NCBI RefSeq assembly: GCF_964204645.1
Contig: NC_134032.1
Span: forward strand, 8,544,275-8,608,274
Source: Tubulanus polymorphus
Lineage: Eukaryota > Animalia > Nemertea
Length of the DNA: 64,000 nt
Direction of reading: 5' to 3'
Made by a program: the position numbers and the translations under genes. Positions within the stretch are counted from its first letter, which is position 1; each line of letters begins with the position of its first letter. The notes under the pieces were generated by a model. The model was not told where the DNA came from. It made no database searches and worked only from the letters and a program-made list of their open reading frames with translations. This document shows, piece after piece, positions 25,701 to 36,735 of this stretch.

Positions 25701-28700
25701 TACCTTGTTTCTCCGCAGTGGCCAGGTCATTTCTATGGACTTTCGCTTAAGCAAAGTCCATTGTATTATTGCTTATGAGACTTTTTTCTTTTGGTACAAA
25801 GTAACATTCGAACGAGAAAATATTGCACAAGAAAACTTTAATCTTTCAATGATTTTTATTCAGCGAAAAGTGATAAAAAACTGACGGTAAACGCGAACAC
25901 TTACGAATTACGTAACCTCATCCGCGGCGGGGAAGGCAGCGTGAACACTCCCGATATGAGAGTCGTCCAGTGTCGGGCTAAAAACATACACGGTAGCATC
26001 ATAGCGAACGGATTTATAAACGTCGTTTGTAAGTAAAATGATTTGTATGCTTATTTTCTGGAGTATTCCAGGGAAATTGTTTGAAACTACTCAGTGACGG
26101 CCTTTTTATTCATTAGAATATGATAAGTTATTAACCCTTTCAGTGCTGACCATTTAATACCCTATCCCTGGGGTGCCTTGTGGTTCAAATATGACCCCTG
26201 TTATTAGCCTGTCATAAATTTAAGAACTGTTGATGGTGGGGTGCAAGAGTTCTTAGCTGTGTTTACTGTAGCACCTGTGATACCTAAAAAGCCCAATGTT
26301 CATATATGAGCCTTGTCGGTTAGTAGAAAACTCACCAGGTGGCGCTCCATGAAATAAGGATAACCACTTCGACCTAAGGGGTCATATATGACCCATGGCC
26401 AGAACATAGCTTGTACGTTTTCAATCAAAAAATTTGGGGTCATGTATAGAACACTCGACATTTAAGTTTCTCTGACAATTTTTATGTACTCAAAACTAAT
26501 AATGAAGCAGCCTGGGGGTTCATATTTGACCCATCCCAAAAAACATGTCAATGTGAAAATATATCCACTGATATTTTTTTGTCATTAGGGACCCAGAAAA
26601 ACATAAATGTGCGGTTTGCCCTTTTGCCAGAAACATGTTTGGGCAACGCAGGGCTATAGTGCTGGAGATAATTTGAAAATTTATAAAAAATTCCACCGTA
26701 GTGCGTTGAATAACGGAATCATCTTGCAATAGAGATAAAAACTAATCACTATTTACGGCAAAACATCGCAGTGCGGTGTACTAGCAAAATCCATCTCCGA
26801 TTTATCGCACTGCGGTGTAGACGCACTGAAAGGGTAAATGATGACCCCAGTCTCAATAAGATTTCGATTAGTTAATGATGAAGTTACTAACAATGACCTT
26901 CTCGTTCTCGACATCTTCGACGATTCAACCAATTTATGATAAGTTACTTATAACGACTTCTTATTCTCGATAAATTCAGCAATAAATGCGGATAAATTTC
27001 GAACAGTTGCTAACCATAAGCTTCTCGTTCGTGATGAAAACGATACCGTTGGAAATTGTCTTAAAGTTTTCTTGTTGTCTCCGCAGTGCCGCTCGTGATG
27101 CGCGAGCCAAAACCGAGCGACGGCAAGAACGCGTCGGTGATGACGTTCAAATTCAAAGAGACCGTCATTCTGCCATGCAAAACGCAATCGGATCCGGCGA
27201 CGATTCCGCAAATAGAATGGCTGTTCAACGACGGCAAGATCAAATACGTCGAGAACCAAATCTGGCAGGACAACTCGGACAACTCGCTGCATATCAACTC
27301 GTGGAAGTACAACAAAGAGGAAGACCTACGCGGCGACTACACGTGCATCGCTCGGACTATAACACCCGTACAGGTAGTACGCGGTACCTATACGCTCGCG
27401 TTCGAAGGCGTGGCAGGTATGTGTTGTTGTGCATGCATGTGTTCTGTTAACCTTTCAAGCAGCGAGCAACCAGAGCTGCCGACTATTCCTGATTTTCAGT
27501 ATTTGTTTCGATTTTATAACGAGAAATACTGATTCGATTAGTTTGATGCGTGAAGGAATATTACAGATGTTACTGAAGGTCTTAGTGTTAATTACTGAGT
27601 GATTAATTTTCTTTCATATTTTAATGAAATGTTACTCGATTTGTTACTGACAGCGCTTTTCAGGGGTTGCCCGCCCTGCAATTGCCACAGTCAACTAAGA
27701 AGTCCTCATTAGACGTTCTAAACCGGTCGGTTAATCATTTTACATTATCTATTTTTTCAGCGGTCGTCGCAACTGGTGGCACGAGTTTCTGGTGGGTGGC
27801 GATCGTCATCGCTCTCATTCTCCTGTTGATCATCATTTTCCTCATCATTTGTCTGATCCGTCGTAACCGCGGAGAAACGTATCTCGGTAAGTACGGCGAA
27901 CACCGCTCCGATTTTTAAAGACTTTCAATATTCAGCCACCCTCTGATTGGTGAGGTCATATAAATTTTACCTGTAACCTTCCAAATTTTGGACATGGACA
28001 TGAACCGTAAACAAATGTATATTTTGGCCTTGTTTGAGTACAAAATAATTCTTTGAAAAAGATGTAATACAATAAAAGATAGAACTTTTGCCAAACAAGC
28101 TCCAGTTTTCAAGGTAAACCACTTTGCCCATGGGCAATTTATTAAAGTATGTAGGCGACTATATCCTGGAATTCAACACATCGAGATTAGAGCGACGATT
28201 TATGATCTATTCTCATCTGGCCTCCAATTATTCTCGATCTTCTCGGATTTCTTCAACTAGTGTCACCATCCAAATAAAAATAGATTTTATACAGGATATA
28301 TGATCAGACCATGAACTTTGGGGTTGAAATCCTCTGTTGACTATCAACACGATACCGGGTGATACACGGTATTCGCAAACCTTAGTTCGCACTTAGGTGA
28401 GAAAACCACTGACCCGGAAAACCTGGAAAACTCAGGTAATCAGATAAAATAAGAAACAAGAGGACTTCAAAGTCCTGAGATTCGAAGAAGCAAAGTCTGA
28501 TGTATAAATTATAAATTACATAAAAGAAAGGCAAATTATGAAAAGAAATTGATATTCCATTAGAGAAGTTTGTTTAAAAAAATTCAGTTTGTTTTCCGTT
28601 TGCGTTACGTGCATGGTAATGTTATTGTTTACATCTGACGTCATCGATAGAATGAGGCGCGCAGCTGAGCCTGCCTGTCAATCAACATAATTGGTTTACA

Positions 28701-30916
28701 CTAAAAATGCGTTTACTTGAAAAACTATATAGTGTATCAATCTGGAATTTTCGGCACAATATCCGATGCTAAATACCTTACTTTAAAGGTTTATTTGGTG
28801 TAAATCGGATCACAAATATTTCTAAAATTTTGTTCTTAACTTTTGAAGTGGAAGCCGGTGTCTGCATTAACGTGTGTATGGCTGTATGTACGGGTACTGG
28901 CTCAGCATTGATGGTGTATTTATGCGCGAGTAGATGTAATGATTTGTTTCAACCGCTAAATCGGCATTCAGTACACATGATTTAAAGAAATGATATTCAG
29001 AGTATTTGCATATATTTATCATGAGAATTATAATATTCTTGAGACGAGCGAATTACGTATGTGGACCTATTTCATTGAGGCGTATCACTCAATCTGAAAA
29101 AAAATCTTCCGATCCTGTCACGTGACTTCATGACTGCAACTTGACGATAGCTTAGGTTCTCATTCTTCGAACCAAAAAACCCTGATTTTTTTATTAAGTG
29201 TTATTGATCGCTTGTTTCAAAATCAATATGTGATTCATAAAGAATGAATGAATTGTTACATTTCAAACCAAGAACTTTCTGGGATTCACTCTGGGGAATT
29301 TTGTATTATAACATGGAAAAATCAGGGAAAACTCGGGGTATTTGTATATTGTCTCCCTGTCCGACTATTTGTAGAATTTGTATGTAATATTTGTATTCGC
29401 GATTTTTTTTGCAGTCGACGAAAACGAACGAAAACAAGGAAATGACCCGGAAAAAGAGATGAAGGACGCCGGTTTCCATGACTACGTACGACCGTAAGTA
29501 GCCGATTTACTCCTTTAACTACAGTCCGAAATAACGTTGAAAGTTTTCATATTCTTTGAAAATTTTTCCTTCTTCGGCGCTCCCTCTTTCTAACTCCATT
29601 CTTTCTCTTCTCCCCTTCTTTCTCCTTTTACCAATCCTTTTCTCTGCTCTCCCTCTCTCCTACTCTTTCCTTTGTCCATTCCTCTGTTTCCGCTCTTCTT
29701 GCTGCCTTCTCTCTGCTCTCTATATCTCCTCTACTGCCACTTAGCTCTCCTCTGTTCTCTCTCCTATCCCTTCTCATTTCATCATCTCTCCTTTTCCTCT
29801 CTGCTCTCCCTCTCTTATTCCTTCTCCTGTCTCTCCTCTCCTCTTTGTTCTCTCCACTCTAACCCATCTCTCTGACTATCATAGCTTCCGTATTCTCCGA
29901 GACGAGGTAGCGACGTCTTACGTTTAGTCGCCGCAGTAACACAGGTATTGTCGCTAGCGCGCATGACAAAAATGAACGAAAAATCGATCGCACAAATTTT
30001 TTAAGAAATATCGACTCAAGTTTTTGAATCGGCATACTTTTTGTTGTTTGGTTAACAAACACAAGTAGTTAAAATATTTCAAATGCTAGTTCTCTTTTTG
30101 ACGTCGCTACCTTGTCACATATGTCATATTCGTACACCTATATTATTACAGCGTATAGTTATATCAATATTACCGGTAGAGATTTTTTGCTCGAAAAAAG
30201 CACATCTTCCCTCATGGAAATTTTTCGGAATGATAAATCATTTTATCCTCATTATTAAGATTTGTAGTTATCATAATAAATAGATTGATAGGTGATCGTC
30301 CCTGAGACCTGACTACAGCAACCATTTGAGAGTAGTTTCTATTCTAGTTAAGAGCTCAACTACGCCCTGAAATATCAAAATACTCTCAAAGTCGAATTTC
30401 TGAAAGAAGGTTTTCTCAAGAATATTTTCTGGTTCATTTTCAAGTTTTGATTACAAATTGCTCTTATTAATGGTGAAAATATGATTAGGGATGTCAAGTA
30501 GCCCTGTCTGTCTGTTTTAGTTGCGCCATCTTGCGTTGCTATAAGTTAATTGCACAATTTCAGAAAAGAAATCTCAAATTCTGCCCTTTAATCAAGACAC
30601 ACGATTACAAAAACACGAAGACACACGATTTGTAACGCCATCTGGTGGCTTATGAAGAAAGCACGCGCAACTGCGATTAAAATTTCCGAGAATTTCTTTT
30701 CTATTCCGCAGGAATCAAGACCCGATTAAAGGAAGTCGCGCGTCGTTGAACAGCGACATAAAAATGGACAGCGACGACGACAACGACTCGATGGCCGAAT
30801 ACGGCGACATCGACACCGGCAAATTCAACGAGGACGGCTCGTTCATCGGACAGTACGGAAAAGATCGCAAGGGGGCGCCGCCGCCTTATTCAGCTAACGA
30901 CTCGAACGTCGTATAA
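7669..30916 (+). CDS. L1CAM/neuroglian-family cell adhesion molecule, short form (SP-5xIg-TM-cytoplasmic FIGQY tail); spliced gene
   Basis: Core exons 7669-7759, 19696-19798 (or 19873-19975), 22226-22464, 22924-23133, 23522-23659, 23979-24084, 24449-24633, 25280-25411, 25864-26028, 27087-27416, 27761-27886, 29415-29493, 30712-30916. All have GT-AG boundaries with compatible phases and sum to 2109 nt = 702 aa + stop. Five C...W...C Ig domains, a TM helix followed by RRNRGETY, and tail DSMAEYGD...KFNEDGSFIGQY, which is diagnostic of the L1 family. Confidence 0.93.
10704..11133. mobile_element. CpG-rich MITE-like element
   Basis: TIRs ttaatccggatt...aatccggattaa. Confidence 0.5.
13040..13620. 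repeat. Degenerate tandem repeat (~180-bp unit)
   Basis: Recurrent gccatgttt...tcatcact...atattct..agac.gagttcatcgtaga. Confidence 0.6.
13988..14050 (+). CDS. Candidate 63-nt phase 1-1 mini-exon (N-terminal linker)
   Basis: tttcag|...|gtaaca; reads GPPQHDYRDHDPYDIYLYTES in frame with the leader exon; coding-like GC/codon pattern in an AT-rich intron. Confidence 0.6.
15315..15332 (+). CDS. Candidate 18-nt phase 1-1 micro-exon
   Basis: Long pyrimidine tract ...ttttgtgttttttaag|CTGGATATCCGATAGAGG|gtacgt; reads AGYPIE. Confidence 0.45.
15943..15996 (+). CDS. Candidate 54-nt phase 1-1 mini-exon
   Basis: ttctgattgcag|...|gtgatt; reads ATAATAPGSAASEEKTIT; GC-rich island. Confidence 0.45.
17734..17754 (+). 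CDS. Candidate 21-nt (or 24-nt from 17731) phase 1-1 micro-exon
   Basis: tttttataagcag (tandem NAGNAG acceptor)|TTCAGCCAGCTTCCTCCAATC|gtaagt; reads (A)VQPASSN. Confidence 0.55.
19015..19126. mobile_element. Hairpin MITE-like family
   Basis: gggcccagttccaccgtcgtgagttaa...ctcacaaccgtggaactgggtcc; relatives at ~8092-8190, ~16735-17035 (internally expanded), ~33715-33820, ~59485-59580. Confidence 0.75.
19696..19798 (+). CDS. Ig1 N-terminal half, alternative exon A
   Basis: ttttcag|...|gtaagt, 103 nt, phase 1-2; xRIPPSINSVTPSSLISSNERATLTCKANGSPKP. Confidence 0.85.
19873..19975 (+). CDS. Ig1 N-terminal half, alternative exon B
   Basis: ttttcag|...|gtaagt, 103 nt, phase 1-2; xRIPPSIVSKLKSALLASSEKAVFKCNATGSPSP. 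Confidence 0.85.
20395..20880 (+). repeat. Degenerate tandem array (~58-bp unit) containing GGTTCAAATCCC
   Basis: Units like gaatgtgtcagagtctcacgatgccgttaggttcaaatcccagc; related monomer at ~63640-63720. Confidence 0.75.
22226..22464 (+). CDS. Ig1 C-terminal half exon
   Basis: Phase 2-1; IRWMISS...KYACYAENDYGKTASNNVVVNEK. Confidence 0.9.
22924..23133 (+). CDS. Ig2 N-terminal exon
   Basis: ...ELKCNPPDSFPKRAIISW...RVMIGPN; L1-type CNPP motif. Confidence 0.9.
23522..23659 (+). CDS. Ig2 C-terminal exon
   Basis: GNLFFSQILPSD...YVCQYNN...IKQGSPISIKVKP (L1-type GNLxF motif); missed by the ORF track. Confidence 0.88.
23979..24084 (+). CDS. Ig3 N-terminal exon
   Basis: NPNMPNKPPALMANSPPVVSALERDQIDLYCISSA; phase 1-2. 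Confidence 0.88.
24449..24633 (+). CDS. Ig3 C-terminal exon
   Basis: PVATVSWRRLNGK...AGEYQCTVSNSMGS... Confidence 0.9.
25280..25411 (+). CDS. Ig4 N-terminal exon
   Basis: LPKFIKKP...AKFECQATGNPTPTTEW. Confidence 0.9.
25864..26028 (+). CDS. Ig4 C-terminal exon
   Basis: ...DMRVVQCRAKNIHGSIIANGFINVV, the L1-family Ig4 signature (QCxAxNxHGxxxAN). Confidence 0.9.
26131..26838. mobile_element. piggyBac-like MITE (CCCTT...AAGGG ends, TTAA-type flank) with a nested TIR element at ~26165-26637
   Basis: ttaaccctttcagtgc ... gcactgaaagggtaaa; family members at ~34735-35032 and ~23195-23415. Confidence 0.65.
27087..27416 (+). CDS. Fifth Ig domain exon
   Basis: VILPCKTQSDPATIPQIEWLFNDG...GDYTCIAR; 330 nt, phase 1-1. 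Confidence 0.9.
27761..27886 (+). CDS. Transmembrane exon
   Basis: FWWVAIVIALILLLIIIFLIICLI followed by RRNRGETYL. Confidence 0.93.
29415..29493 (+). CDS. Cytoplasmic exon 1
   Basis: VDENERKQGNDPEKEMKDAGFHDYVRP; phase 1-2. Confidence 0.9.
29570..29875. repeat. CT-rich low-complexity tract
   Basis: ~300 nt, almost all pyrimidine on +. Confidence 0.9.
30712..30916 (+). CDS. Terminal coding exon with ankyrin-binding FIGQY
   Basis: NQDPIKGSRASLNS...DSMAEYGDIDTGKFNEDGSFIGQYGKDRKGAPPPYSANDSNVV*. Confidence 0.95.
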
Positions 30917-32011
30917 GCGCGTCGCTCGCCGTCGTGTCAAAACGTTCGATTTTATTAATATTATTTTAAAGAGACAAAATAAACCCACGCGTCGCGCGAA
31001 TAGTTTTAGCGAATTTGAAAGTACGAGAGGAAGTTAAAAGTCTGCCGGTCGCCGGGTTAACAGCGGTTTTCGAGAAGGCGTCCGACGCTTGGAATCGTCG
31101 AATTGATTAATTAAAAATATTTGATTAGGTATTGTTTCTTTTTAAACGAGTATCGAAAATAAACGACCGTTCAGTTCGGTCGTTAACGTTATTGGAGTAG
31201 TAGCTGTTTAAACCATTGTCAGTGTCCGCCGCCGAGCGAGTGTCCATCTATTCCGAGTGTGCGCGTCTGCTTTGCATCCGCGACTACCGAGTGTGCATCT
31301 GCTGTGAGTGTGCGTAAGCCAGCGAGTGTGCATCTGCGATTGTTCCGCGCGCGCGCGAATGTCTTCGAACGTATATACCAAGTATATATCTCAAGCATGC
31401 GATGGAACTATTTACGGTGCCAACTATCGACGCGTTTTCGTACAAACGAAAATGATCGGCTCCTGCGTAGCTGACCGCCGACGAAAAACGCGGAAAAAAA
31501 AATGAAATCGTTCGAGTTTTTCGAAGAAACGCTCGCAAGCCGTCGTCGCGCTGCGTCGCTTACAGTTACCGATCGGAACTATCGTCGTCGATGTTATATA
31601 ATGAAAAGAGATAAACGTACTCCATAATAAACGCTATGTTTCAACCTTTATATTCATCGTGTAATCTAACGTAGGAAAAAAATATAAACGACGTCTTCTT
31701 TTTTCGCTAGTAATCAACGTAGCTTCGAAATGGCGAATAACTCGAAATCGAGCGATGTTGTCGGGTTTCAGAACGATATATTCATATGTATAAAAAAGTA
31801 TATGTATTTTTTAGCGGTTTTCTTTGAAATGCGGCGGTACCGAGATCGGCCTCGGCCGTTTTCGAATTTTTCCCCCCGCACGAAAAAAGCGCTAGAATTT
31901 TGCACGCGCGCACGTTTTAATTACCTAACAGATTTATGTAAATAAGAATAAATTATATTATTATTATCATTATTATTATAATTATTATTATTATAATGTG
32001 TATGTATGACT

Positions 32012-32014
<3 letters not shown>

Positions 32015-32073
<59 letters not shown>
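32015..32073. repeat. (TA)n microsatellite in the putative 3' UTR
   Basis: Direct. Confidence 0.98.
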
Positions 32074-32076
<3 letters not shown>

Positions 32077-35000
32077 GCTTAGCGCCACGTGTTGTCGGCA
32101 TCAACGAGTAAGAATATGCTTAGCGATAGTAATCGTAGCGTAGATTGTTGTTCTCGTTATGTACCGTAGTGAGCGTCTTTACGCGCCGCGTGCGTTTTTT
32201 CGGCGCGTTATTTCGTCGATCGATGAAGTTGTGATCGATTCGAGCCCGGTTAGGTCTTCTGTTTCTTTTTCGATTCAGGGGTCGCGGGCGCCTCGGGGTT
32301 GCGTCGAAATATTCTAGTTATATCGGGGATATAAAAAGATACTTTTTTATGGCCATAGAAAAAATGTTTTAGAAGATTCCAATATTTTAACGTTCACGTT
32401 TTGCGCCCGATAAACGGAAATGAAATGCTACCCTTAGAATGGGGGAGTGAAAAATTCTGCATATTTAGTTTCGAAATTGCAGTTTATTTGCGACCTACGA
32501 TCCGCTTCTCTAGTCCTGGATTAATGAGTTTGAAAAAAAATCAACAAACGAATTTACTTCTATAAACTGGACTCTAGAAATTGATTTCAAATCCAGTTAT
32601 TTCGACCTGAATTTTAGCTGGGACCCGGAACCGCGTATGAGTTCTCGAATCGGACCATACAAATTGAAAAAAACACATAAATAAATTTTGACTTTTCATG
32701 GCTCTTCTCTCGAGAGTTATCCGGCCGATGCCTGCGGAACCTACGTGCAAGAGTTTCGTAGCGCACCCGACCAACCCCTGGCCTGTCATCCTCCGAGAAT
32801 ATAAATTTGTGCTAATCGTGTATCAATCTGTATATATATACATATATATACTCCGGCCTACGATGGATGCGCCCTCTAGTGGACTAAATCGATGTTACTA
32901 TTTATATAAAGCTTTTCGCATCAGATTGTAATTAAATGTTGTTCAGAAAGAAAGAAAGAATGAAGGAAACGCCACTTGTATTATATAGAAATCAGCACGT
33001 ACCGATATCCAAGCTACCCCCTCCCCTCCCTATTCCTACCCCTTACCTTGCATCTGCGGCTTCCTTTCGTTGTAGATATCGAGTGTTTAGACAAACTATA
33101 TTTTATACGTCCTTAAAAACAAAAAATATGTATACATGAATATGTCATGATCCATCATCACAATTATTATGAAATATAATTATTATTAATATTATTATTA
33201 TTACCGGTATTGATATTGATGAAATCGCCGTGTCTGGAATAACGAATATAGCCTAGAAGCGGTGTGTATATCTGCCGCATTGCCACGGCATCTCGTAGGC
33301 ATGCACGCGCATAAATTTGAATATTTAATGATGTTATAATATGATGGGGGGTCTCTTGTTTTGAATATTGTGGGTGTCGGTGTGTGAAGCTATTTTTCGA
33401 ACTGTTGTTGTGAATTCGTCTATGCATGTATTACGTATCGTTTCTGTTTTCTTTTTTTTTTTACTCTCGTTTGGACCGGATTCGAAAATTAGAAACGATA
33501 ATTTCGCGTTTCTGGAGTCGGTGTTGAAATTTAAACACCGATGCTAGAGTTTAATACAGACCCTACATTCACCGCAGTTCGTTTTCATAGTCTTAGAATT
33601 AGAAAGTCTTAAGGTAAGACCAGTCGAAGCTGATCGTTGAACTAAGATTGCCCTCGGAGTAACCATTCCGGTCGGAATGATTATACGCCCATGATTTCAA
33701 TGAGGCCAATTATCTTCGTCCGGTTCGTGTTCCTCAGTTGCGAGGTCTGATTGTGGAGATTATCGAAAAAAAACCAACCAATTTCAACTTGAAGTGAATC
33801 TGTGAACTGTGGAACCGAGGGTGCTGATTTTTGAGTTAAAAGGTTAAGTTATCGAAAATGAACTACAATAACCTCATTCGGGCAAGACCTACTGGGACTT
33901 ATGACTAACTTGAACAAAAACCGAACCATTTTTCTGACCTTACCCAAATTCCCATCCTTTGTTATCTCGGACCAATTTTGCCACTCCCAGTTCGTCCGGG
34001 TTAGGCGAGGTTCGCAACAATTTTGGACGTGTCCGCCCAACCCCCTAAGACAATCTGCTGTCTGTACCCACACCGATTCAGACCAGCGAACATACTTACA
34101 ATACCCGATGACCCAAGTCTCCTGTCCGGACGAAATGTCGTTTTAGGCTGCAGGTCGTTTCAAGGGGCCAGACGGGTACGCAGGCAGCAGGTGGATTGAG
34201 CATTACGAAAAACGATAGCGAATCCATTTGTTTGAAAACGCATGCGTTCGTATGTGCGGAATACTGAAATTGACGAAAAACAAATAAACAAAAAAATCCT
34301 CGAAAATGTTTCTATATAAATGTATGTACGGTGTATATATTCTCTGCCCCATTCACTATCTGTGTGCAAAACGCCTTTTTCTTTACGCGCGAAATATTTG
34401 TTGTTTTTCTTTTCCCTCGGTGAGATTTTTGAGAGATTCAGAAAGATCAAAGATGTACAGTCAAACTCATTTGCCGATAAGCGGTCATCTCTATTTTTTA
34501 AGTCTGATTTCGATTTTCAATTCACGAAGCGTAAGTCGTCATCTGGATAAGTTGTCGATAAAAAGCACTGACTGCGACAATTCAAGCGAGTTTGACTAAG
34601 AAAAATGGAGATTTTATCGGATTTAATATAAGATAATCTTGTAAAAAGTTTAGGGCTCAGTCGTCTTATTCAAAAAAGAATTTTATTCATCAGGATCAGA
34701 ATAGAGTTCAGTATTATTTCAATTACTGAAATTAGACCCTTTCAGTGTTGACTAATAGATAATCTTAAGTGCTGGAGATAATTTGAAAATTTTTGAAAGA
34801 TTCCACCCTCCAGTACATTGAACAACAGGCACACTGCTGTAATGCGTTTACACCGCTGTGCGATGTATTGTTAGTTACCCATACTAGTTTTAATTTCATT
34901 TGACAGGTGCTGCCATCTTTCATTGGAGACAAGTTTATTACTAATACATCAATGCACTGAGGCGCAGTGAACTAGCTAAGTCCATCACCTTTTTATACAC

Positions 35001-35307
35001 CGCACTGCGATATAGACGCACTGAAAGGGTTAAGCTAAAATGATCATAATTTCGTTGGCAGTCTTCGGAAAAACCATAGTATAATTGGAGTTAATGATTT
35101 TCTTTTTTAATTTTCTTGAGACAGGTTATAATAGTTTTAGAAGAAACGGAAATTATAGATAAGATGTCTGTTTATTAATTATTATGATTATTATTATCGG
35201 AGTTATATTAATCACCGCGGTAACCGCGCGAACATGAAATAGAAACGACGTTTTTATAACTTTTTATTATAAGTTCTGTGTCAAACATTAAGATAATGAA
35301 TAATTGC

Positions 35308-35380
35308 AATAAAATGCTGCTTATGAATATATACGAAATGAGTTTTCAGGTTTTGGTTTCTTTGTGCGTTTCTTTTCTCG
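35308..35380 (+). terminator. Candidate polyadenylation signal ending a ~4.4-kb 3' UTR
   Basis: AATAAA at 35308 followed ~30 nt later by a GT/T-rich tract; other AATAAA hexamers occur upstream, so this site is not unique. Confidence 0.4.
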
Positions 35381-35879
35381 AGCCCCGAGTAAGTTGAGCG
35401 TGGGAGCTACAATCAAACTCCGATATACTGCCCTTCCATATACCGCCACCCCCGCCTTCCGTCAATTTTTCTCAATACTAGCACATAGTAAAACACCCCC
35501 GATTTACCAGCATACTCTATACCGCCAAAATCGTTCTGCACCGATGTGGGCAGTATATCGGGGGTTGACTAGAGGTATTAACTGGGGCCAGTGAGAGCTT
35601 GGATGTAAGACCGCTTTAGCCAACGTCATATACTAGGCTATAGGATTTGCCCTTGTCATATCTCGTAACAACCAGGAACTGCAACTCGACAAATGGGCTG
35701 GTTTTTTTTTTGTTTAGACTGGACTAAAATACCTTAATTTAACTCAATTTATCAATTGACGGAATTTACTATGTAAAGTTTACTTAAGCCTCTTCTGGAC
35801 TGTATTAATGCAAGACCTCCACTTGAGTGCACCGTTTTCCCTTCACCAAGAATCTTAGTGTCTGATGTACCATAGTTGG

Positions 35880-36345
35880 TTACACTAAGATCGTAGAGCG
35901 ACGGAGATCACTGGTGGAGACAACCGCTGCCTGTGCTGGGTGAACGTTTTCCCCTGCCTTGGAATGTTGTCCCGTTGTTGGCCTTCATTCACGGAGAGTG
36001 TCGCTGAATTTCTTTGGGTGCCCTCTCTTCCCATCAGCAGTCCATATCAGGATATCCTTATGTGGTGATCTGGCGGCAAGCGGCAGACTTGACCAACCCA
36101 CATCCAGCGCCTCCTTATCACAGTGTTACTTGGTTCGCGGTCAGTTTTTTTTACAGTAGTCCTTATAAATTGCTGATGGTGTTCGGCAATTTTTGTTAAT
36201 GTTCACGATTTTATGCAGGCATTTGTTTTGAAAGATCTCAAGCTTGTGTATAAATCTATTCGTCACTAAAGCTATAAAGCTAGCTATTTTAAATCCAAGA
36301 GTGCGTAGCTCGAAAGAAGGACTATAAGCACAATTCAATCAATAG
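35880..36345 (-). mobile_element. RTE-like non-LTR retrotransposon 3' fragment (degenerate)
   Basis: Minus-strand LEIFQNKCLHKIVNI and VGQVCRLPPDHHIRISLYGLL resemble the RTE post-RT C-terminal region. Confidence 0.5.
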
Positions 36346-36447
36346 CCACCTAACGCCGAGTGAAAGGATAGGGAGAGATGAGAGGCAGGGAAGTGAATGC
36401 AAACATTTTATCATCGATCTGAATGGCGATTGTAGTTGTAAACTTAC

Positions 36448-36735
36448 ATTTCTCATTGACGACCACGTTGTTCAACGCCGCTTTTCCGTAATCGTTCTCG
36501 GCGTAGCACGCGTATTTAACGTTCTCCGGCGGATTCTTCGCGGCCAACGAGATAAGTACACACAGATACCATGCGTGCAAACCTATGGGAAACTCGGTTC
36601 AACTGTCGACTCGAACGACCAAAGGGTACTACGTCGGTTTCTGAACGCCGCTGGCTTTGCACGTCAACGTGGCGCGTTCGTACGACGACACCAGGGAACT
36701 ATTCGACACCGAATCGATCGACTGTGGAATCCGTA
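36448..36735 (-). pseudogene. Inverted neuroglian-like paralog remnant: intact exon-A homolog (36633-36735) plus 3' part of the Ig1 C-half exon (36448-~36548)
   Basis: VRIPQSIDSVSNSSLVSSYERATLTCKASGVQKP (103 nt, AG/GT kept); LAAKNPPENVKYACYAENDYGKAALNNVVVNEK|gtaagt with its acceptor and 5' half deleted; no further exons found downstream. Confidence 0.88.
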
